A stretch of DNA of 64,000 nt from Squalus acanthias. Lineage: Eukaryota. Both the position numbers and the translations under genes were made by a program. The notes below the pieces were generated by a model, which was given only the letters and a program-made list of their open reading frames with translations, made no database searches and was not told the origin of the DNA. The stretch spans positions 496,001 to 560,000 of the forward strand of contig CM059432.1 in assembly GCA_030390025.1 (NCBI GenBank), read 5' to 3'. Below, in pieces: positions 59,201 through 64,000 of the stretch (its first letter is position 1; each line of letters begins with the position of its first letter).

Positions 59201-62200
59201 AAAGGGTGGTGGAGGCAGACTCAATCACAGCTTTCAAAAGGGAGTTGGATAAGTATCTGAAGGAAAAAAATTTGCAGGGCTACAGGGAAAGGGCGGGGGA
59301 GTGGGCCTAGCTGAAGTGCTCTTGCAGAGAGCCGGCACGAGCTCGACGGGCCGAATGACCTCCTTCCGTGCTGTAACCATTCTATGATCTCTCCTTTCTT
59401 TCCTTCTCCTTTCTTTCTCTCCTTTCTTCCTTCCACCTTCTGTATCAATCCCGTGCGCCAGTTTCTTTGATGTTACGGACTATATTTTGACAAGTGGAGG
59501 TTACGAACACCTTTCCTGTCTCCTTACTGCCCTGTTTGTGCTCAGAAGTTGGAAATAAAACTTCTGCTCCTCCCGCCCACTTATCGCTGCCTTTACAATA
59601 ACTCCCCTGCTCGTCTTCGAAATAGTTCCATGGGATCTTTTACATCCATCTGAGAGAGCAGACAGGGCCTCGGTTTAATGTCTCGGTACTGCACTGGGAG
59701 CGTCAGCCTAGCGTTTTGTGCTGAAGTCTCTGCAGCGGGACTTGAAACCACAACCTTCTGACTCAGAGGCGAGGGTGCTGCCCACTGAGCCACGGCTTCG
59801 TCAACACGGTTTCCAACCTCGCCTTGACTCACTTCCTGCTCCCGTCCACTTGGTTGGTGTAAGTCCTGAGCCACCATTTGAAACGCTATTTAAAGGAATC
59901 CTCAATTTCTCTCGTGTAAAGCACTATAGAGCTTTTGGACAAATTTTTTTTTATTCGTTCCTGGGATGTGGCAAGGCCGGCATTTATTGCCCATCCCTAA
60001 TCGCCCTCGAGGAGGTGGTGGTGAGCTGCCACCTTGAACCGCTGCAGTCCGTGTGGTGAAGGTGCTCCCACAGTGCTGTTAGGGAGGGAGTTCCAGGGTT
60101 TTGACCCAACGACGATGAAGGAACGGCCGATAAATGTCCCAAGTTGGGATGGCTTGCAGTAGCTTGTGGATTTTTTGATCTTGCAGGGTATGAAAGTGAT
60201 TTAATTGTATGTTCTGATCTGTTACGAGGCTTCTGGCATTGCAGTTATTCTCTTGGCGGGAGTCACTGGAGGAGGAGGAGGAACGGGAGGAACTGTCCAC
60301 CCTGGATTGTGACCTTGCAGTTTGTACTTTTTTATTCGCAGACATCTCTGATTTTTGACATAAAACTGCGAGCAGAATTTGATGGAACTGTCACGATTCA
60401 TCATCAAGTGCTTCCAGCTCTGTCCATTCACCCGTGCAAGATTCCTCGGGCAGGTGTGTAAATTCAGAAGAATATTGAGCACAAGTGAAATTCTGCATAA
60501 TTTGCTGCTGATGGCTTGATTAACACTTTCTATCATTTTAAAAAGAATCTTCTTCCTCCGCCCCCCCACTCCCCCCACAACTGAGCTGTTGGGTAAAGGC
60601 GCCAGCCGGAGTGGCATTGTGTTGTACAGATCAGATAATCCTGTGTTTGATTCCCAATCTGTGATGAGCTGGAGGAGCAATGGGGGTGTTACAGCTAGCT
60701 TCAGCCCCCGAGGGGAAAGCTATGCAGGATTCCAGCTTCCCATTACTCCAGTGACCCGTGCTGCATTGTGCGCGTGCACACGACACGTGAAGCGCAAGAT
60801 TGGCATCAGCTGTGATGCCCGCTGCGGTCTAATAGTCCGCACTGAATAACCTGCTAGCATTCACTCTCTTAAGTTCGCGCATGAAGAATGGTGACTCGGG
60901 TGAGGTAACAGACTGGCTGTTGCCTATATCTGTGACTTCCTCTGGCCTTGCAACCCTTCGTGATCTCAGCACTCCTCCAATTCTGGCCTCTTGAGCATTC
61001 CCTGATTTTAATCGCTCCACCATTGGTGGCCATGCCTTCAGCTGCCTGGGCCCTAAGCTCTGGAATTCCCTCCCTAAACCTCTCCGCCTCTCTACCTCTC
61101 TCTCCTCCTTTAAGACGCTCCTTAAAACCTACCTCTTTGACCAAGCTTTTGGTCACCTGTCCTAATATCTCCTTATGTGGCTCTCTGTCAAATTTTGTGT
61201 TTGATAATCGCTCCTGTGAAGCGCCTTGGGACGTTTTACTACGATAAAGGTGCTATATAAATCCAAGTTGTTGTTGTTGTTTGGAACCATGCCCTAAGAA
61301 TTGTTAAAATCCTGCATAAATCTTCTAAATAACATGAAAGATAGATTGCAGCCGGTTATTTGAGTTGCGATTGGTGTCAGTATATGGACAGTGTCAGTAC
61401 GCAGATAGTGACCTCTGACTCCTTTGATCTAGCTCTTGGAATCTAGGGTGAATTTTAACACCCATAAACGGGTGTGTTGGGGTCGGGTCAGATGTTAAAC
61501 TTTTAAAAATCTGAAACTCTACCCCAACCCACCCACTTCTGGGTTTAGCAGAGGTGGGTCGAGGGGCGGGCAACCAACCCGCTCCCAGGAGGCAGGTTGG
61601 CAATTTAAATATTTTGATGAGGCTGGCAGCCTCTGATTTAACCTGCTCTGCAGGTTTTATACTGTGGTGGTCGGGTTTTCCGGGAAACCTGGCAGCTGAT
61701 GTGAGGCGAGGATGGCTTCAGGGCGAAGGCAAGTGCTTTCACCGCACTGTTGGTAGGCCAGGAGGAGCAGGAGTGCTCTCCTCTGGCCTCCCAAGCTTCC
61801 TCCCCCGCCACCCCCCCCCCCCCATACAAAGACCACCGAGGTCGGGGATCAGACCTACCTGGTCCTGCGGTCTGCTCCGGAGACCTCCCCACCCAATTGG
61901 AAGCCAAGTCTCATCAGCCTGACTTCTGGGCAGGGAACCTGTCATGGACAAAAGTTGCACGCTGTGGCATTGAAAAACCACAGCATGCGAGGAACCCATC
62001 CAAAACTCTGCCTCTCTTTCTCTCCCCCCGCCTACATAACCCGCCCCTGTTGCTATCCAGGCCTATTATTCTGTTTATCTGACCACCAGTGTCTATTAAA
62101 GACCCAATGATTGGAACGATCCATTCATTATTATGCTGGTGATTTCATGTTTATTAGAAGATACAAGCAAGATCTGGACGACATTCTGGCTTGGGCTGAT

Positions 62201-63330
62201 AAGTGGCAGGTAACATTCGGGGCACACAAGTGCCAGGCAATGACTATCTCCAACAAGCGATCATCTAACCACTGCCCAATGACATTCAGTGGCATTGCCA
62301 TCGCTGAATCCCCACCATCAATATCCTGGGGGTCACCATTGACCAGAAACTTAACTGGACCAGCCACATAAATACTGTGGCAACAAGAGCAGGTCAGAGG
62401 CTGGGTATTCTGCGGCGAGTGTCTCACCTCCTGACTCCCCAAAATCTTTCCACCATCTACAAAGCACAAGTCAAGAGTGTGATGGAATACTCTCCACTTG
62501 CCTGGATGAGTGCAGCTCCAACAACACTCAAGAAGCTCGACACCATCCAAGACAAAGCAGCCCGCTTGATTGGCACCCCATCCACTACCTTAAACATTCA
62601 CTCCCTCCACCACCAGCGCACCGTGGCTGCAGTGTGTACCATCTACAAGATGCACTGTAGCAACTCGCCAAGGCTGCTTCGACAGCACCTCCCAAACCCG
62701 TGACCTCTAGCACCTAGAAGGACAAGGGCAGCAGGCGCATGGGAACACCACCACCTCCACGTTCCCCTCCAAGTCACACACCATCCTGACTTGGAAATAT
62801 ATCGGCCGTTTCTTCATCGTCGCTGGGTCAAAATCCTGGAACTCCCTCCCTAACAGCACTGTGGGAGCACCTTCACCACACGGACTGCAGCGGTTCAAGA
62901 AGGTGGCTCACCACCACCTTCTCAAGGGCAACTAGTGATGGGCAATAAATGCCGGCCTTGCCAGCGATGCCCACGTCCCAGGAACAAATAAAAAAATTAC
63001 AGCTCATAACTTGCTGTTTTTTAAAAAAAAACATTCTCCTCATCTCGCCTCTGGTTCTTTTGCCAATTATATTAATTCTGTTTCCTCTGGTTACCGACCC
63101 TCCTGCCACTGGAAACAGTTTCTCCTTATTTACTCTATCAAAATCCCATATAATTTAGAAAGTTTGCTGTGTTCATTTCATACTTGTTTTTTTTTCCTAA
63201 GTTAAATCCTGATGTAGAAACTATATCTCAGCAAGAGTTTAATTCCGTGTAATATTGTATTAATGTCTTGAAATTCTGTGTCCAGGTCCATCAGCTGTGA
63301 CAACACAAAGCCCTGTCCCTTGTGAACTTT
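35143..63330 (+). CDS. RMC1: Regulator of MON1-CCZ1 complex (C18orf8/MIC1), multi-exon gene, 3'-partial (exons 1-11 visible, 337 codons)
   Basis: Exons 35143-35250, 42551-42627, 52016-52100, 52198-52254, 52647-52733, 53207-53347, 57056-57159, 58078-58167, 58253-58358, 60342-60453 and 63286-63330 join in frame. The peptide [41 protein letters not shown] matches the vertebrate RMC1 N-terminus; the gene follows RIOK3 as in mammals. Confidence 0.96.
35330..37120 (-). mobile_element. RTE-clade LINE, 5'-truncated, with 528-aa open RT ORF
   Basis: [62 protein letters not shown], terminal CPTC zinc finger; 3' end gactgcctgagaagatgatg. Confidence 0.93.
37135..37335 (+). repeat. 33-bp SINE-derived minisatellite (about 6 copies)
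   Basis: GCAGTACTGAGGGAGCGCCGCACTGTCGGAAGG units. Confidence 0.9.
37400..37770 (-). mobile_element. Deu-domain SINE (SacSINE1-like)
   Basis: Reverse complement head tcagccgtggctcagtgggtagc...gtgggttccagtccc, plus Deu-domain. Confidence 0.85.
38530..39000 (+). mobile_element. CR1 LINE 3' fragment
   Basis: ORF track 38529-38924. Confidence 0.9.
39975..40440 (+). mobile_element. L2 3' fragment
   Basis: [33 protein letters not shown]. Confidence 0.85.
40987..42322 (+). mobile_element. Deu-domain SINE containing an approximately 900-bp 33-mer array (about 41086-41998)
   Basis: tRNA-like head 40987-41050, about 27 units, then Deu-domain and tail. Confidence 0.9.
42551..42627 (+). CDS. RMC1: RMC1 exon 2: [25 protein letters not shown](R)
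   Basis: ttttgatag acceptor, AG|gtaaag donor. Confidence 0.95.
43172..43319. mobile_element. hAT-type MITE with 8-bp TSD, inside a Penelope fragment (about 42890-43330)
   Basis: caatgttccc...ggaccattg; flanks gttatgat and ggtatgat. Confidence 0.8.
43655..46899 (-). mobile_element. Full-length CR1-group LINE (family B): tRNA-like head, APE endonuclease and RT (frameshifted), no ORF1
   Basis: [26 protein letters not shown] (APE); [39 protein letters not shown] (RT); ccgttt at 43649-43654 and 46900-46905. Confidence 0.88.
47338..48446 (+). mobile_element. Non-autonomous hAT (Charlie/Buster-type) transposon carrying a captured histone H2A gene 3' end
   Basis: Perfect 16-bp TIR CAGTGGCTCTCAAACT / AGTTTGAGAGCCACTG; TSD ttctagag / atctagag; transposase C-terminal remnant [17 protein letters not shown] at 48201-48264. 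Confidence 0.9.
47385..47586 (+). pseudogene. H2A: Replication-dependent histone H2A 3' fragment with stem-loop and histone downstream element
   Basis: [59 protein letters not shown] at 47547-47567; GAAGAGCTG at 47578-47586. Confidence 0.92.
48447..48920 (+). mobile_element. CR1 LINE 3' fragment (host of the hAT insertion)
   Basis: [37 protein letters not shown]. Confidence 0.85.
48916..49276 (+). mobile_element. Chimeric hammerhead/Penelope-fragment + CR1-tail element, copy B
   Basis: Colinear with 6763-7035 plus 7473-7583; hammerhead core CTGATGA 48971-48977 and GAAA 48992-48995. Confidence 0.65.
49373..50114. mobile_element. Non-autonomous PIF/Harbinger-like element with 3-bp TSD (ATT)
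   Basis: att|gggccgaaaattgatc ... gatcaatttctgggcc|att; internal perfect 18-bp hairpin at 49865-49903. Confidence 0.7.
50688..51100 (+). mobile_element. CR1 LINE 3' fragment
   Basis: [31 protein letters not shown]. Confidence 0.85.
52016..52100 (+). CDS. RMC1: RMC1 exon 3: [28 protein letters not shown]
   Basis: ctcaaag acceptor, gtaagg donor. Confidence 0.94.
52198..52254 (+). CDS. RMC1: RMC1 exon 4: [19 protein letters not shown]
   Basis: ttttgcag acceptor after a 97-nt intron, gtaata donor. Confidence 0.94.
52647..52733 (+). CDS. RMC1: RMC1 exon 5: [29 protein letters not shown]
   Basis: caccgtag acceptor, gtaggc donor. Confidence 0.95.
53207..53347 (+). CDS. RMC1: RMC1 exon 6: [47 protein letters not shown]
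   Basis: ttcccag acceptor, gtaagt donor. Confidence 0.95.
53385..55362 (+). mobile_element. Cluster: CR1 (53385-53917), Deu-domain SINE (53918-54330), CR1 RT fragment (54330-55362)
   Basis: [30 protein letters not shown] with a single unexpanded 33-bp unit. Confidence 0.88.
56076..56836 (-). repeat. CR1 3' tail with a 33-bp minisatellite (about 17 copies, 56271-56836) grown from its ORF2 end
   Basis: GCCCTCTGGGGAGGAGAATTCCAGAGATTCACA units, translating to [11 protein letters not shown] repeats. Confidence 0.93.
57056..57159 (+). CDS. RMC1: RMC1 exon 7: [34 protein letters not shown](I)
   Basis: ctttccag acceptor, AT|gtaagt donor. Confidence 0.95.
57383..57561. mobile_element. hAT-type MITE with 8-bp TSD inside an L2 3' fragment (about 57300-57886)
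   Basis: cagtgttctc...gggagcattg; flanks cccacaac and cccgcaac. Confidence 0.8.
58078..58167 (+). CDS. RMC1: RMC1 exon 8: [29 protein letters not shown](R)
   Basis: ttcgcaag acceptor, AG|gtaaga donor. Confidence 0.94.
58253..58358 (+). CDS. RMC1: RMC1 exon 9: [35 protein letters not shown]
   Basis: attgcag acceptor after an 85-nt intron, gtaagg donor. Confidence 0.95.
58560..59388 (+). mobile_element. CR1 LINE 3' portion
   Basis: ORF track 58738-59310; same subfamily as 2999-4251. Confidence 0.9.
60342..60453 (+). CDS. RMC1: RMC1 exon 10: [37 protein letters not shown](G)
   Basis: tattcgcag acceptor, G|gtgtgt donor. Confidence 0.94.
60920..61280 (+). mobile_element. L2 3' fragment
   Basis: Tail ending gctatataaatccaa(gtt)n. 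Confidence 0.85.
62160..62995 (+). mobile_element. CR1-group family B 3' portion
   Basis: [33 protein letters not shown]. Confidence 0.9.
63286..63330 (+). CDS. RMC1: RMC1 exon 11: (G)[14 protein letters not shown](Y)
   Basis: gtgtccag acceptor; followed by GTATCCTTC (U12-type donor). Confidence 0.9.
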
Positions 63331-63339
63331 GTATCCTTC
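63331..63339 (+). other. U12-type (minor spliceosome) 5' splice site GTATCCTTC
   Basis: Matches the RTATCCTT minor-intron consensus exactly at the end of RMC1 exon 11; the branch point is not identified in the window. Confidence 0.85.
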
Positions 63340-63413
63340 AGAGTGAATCAGTTGTACGCCAGTGTATAATGGTGATTAAAATTAGTTTCTTGGGAATTTC
63401 AGGATAAACTCTA

Positions 63414-64000
63414 AAACAAAAGCAAAATACTACAGATGCTGGAAACCTGAAATCCGAAGGGAGAATGCTGGATAACACTCGGCATCCGTGGAGAGAGAAA
63501 CAGCGTTAACGTTTCATCAGAACCGGCAGAAGTTAGAGATTTAACAGCTTTTAAGTTGGGGGGTGGGGGGACAAAAGGAAGGTCTGTGATAGGGTGGAGG
63601 GCAGGAGTGATTGGAAGGAGGGATGGGGTCAGAAGAAAGTGAAGGGGAAGGAGGATCCGGAGGGCGTTGGTAACTAGGAGTCGTTGAAGCTCGCGGTCCT
63701 TGACACCTGAAAGGAAGTTTTTTGTTAAAGCGGCGGATGAGGTGAACGATGAAATGGAACGGCGGGCCAGATAGAGTGAGTCGGTGCTGCTGGAGAGAGA
63801 GGTCGAGAGCGTGCATGTGGCGGTGCATAGCGTTGAGCCTGGATCTCGGGGAAGCGGTGAGAGCAGTGGTTTGAGGAATGCTGAATATCGCGGAGATATC
63901 TGTGATCAAGGGTGGATCGGAAACATGAAGAGTGGAATTTAAGTTGGAATCCACGTGGGAGACGGAGACGGTTGATGAGGATAGAGAGGTGGCTGTGAAA
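63414..64000 (-). mobile_element. Penelope-like element fragments (pLTR and probable N-terminal ORF remnant)
   Basis: pLTR matches 8523-8760; minus-strand FHSHLSIL..LPRGFQLKFHSSCF. Confidence 0.65.

Overview
This is vertebrate genomic DNA, very probably from a cartilaginous fish (shark-type Deu-domain and V-domain SINEs, dense CR1/L2/Penelope content). It contains two intron-rich protein-coding genes on the + strand. RIOK3 is present as its last 11 coding exons (4629-28328, 451 codons plus stop; the first exons lie upstream of the window). RMC1/C18orf8 is present as exons 1-11 (35143-63330, continuing beyond the window), with a CpG-rich NRF1-type promoter and a U12-type donor after exon 11. 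All exon boundaries were read by eye and join in frame. Introns are mostly transposon-derived, and almost all long ORFs in the ORF track are LINE remnants or minisatellite read-through. The most unusual observations are: (1) a 1.1-kb hAT (Charlie/Buster-type) element with perfect 16-bp TIRs that has captured the 3' end of a replication-dependent histone H2A gene, including stem-loop and downstream element; (2) a 3.2-kb CR1-group LINE with a tRNA-derived SINE head and no ORF1, inserted as one unit; (3) two copies of a chimeric element joining a Penelope-derived hammerhead ribozyme to a CR1 3' tail; (4) a hAT-type MITE family found repeatedly at the same 8-bp site. Repeat boundaries are approximate unless TIRs or TSDs are quoted. 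Family names come from motif recognition, not database searches.
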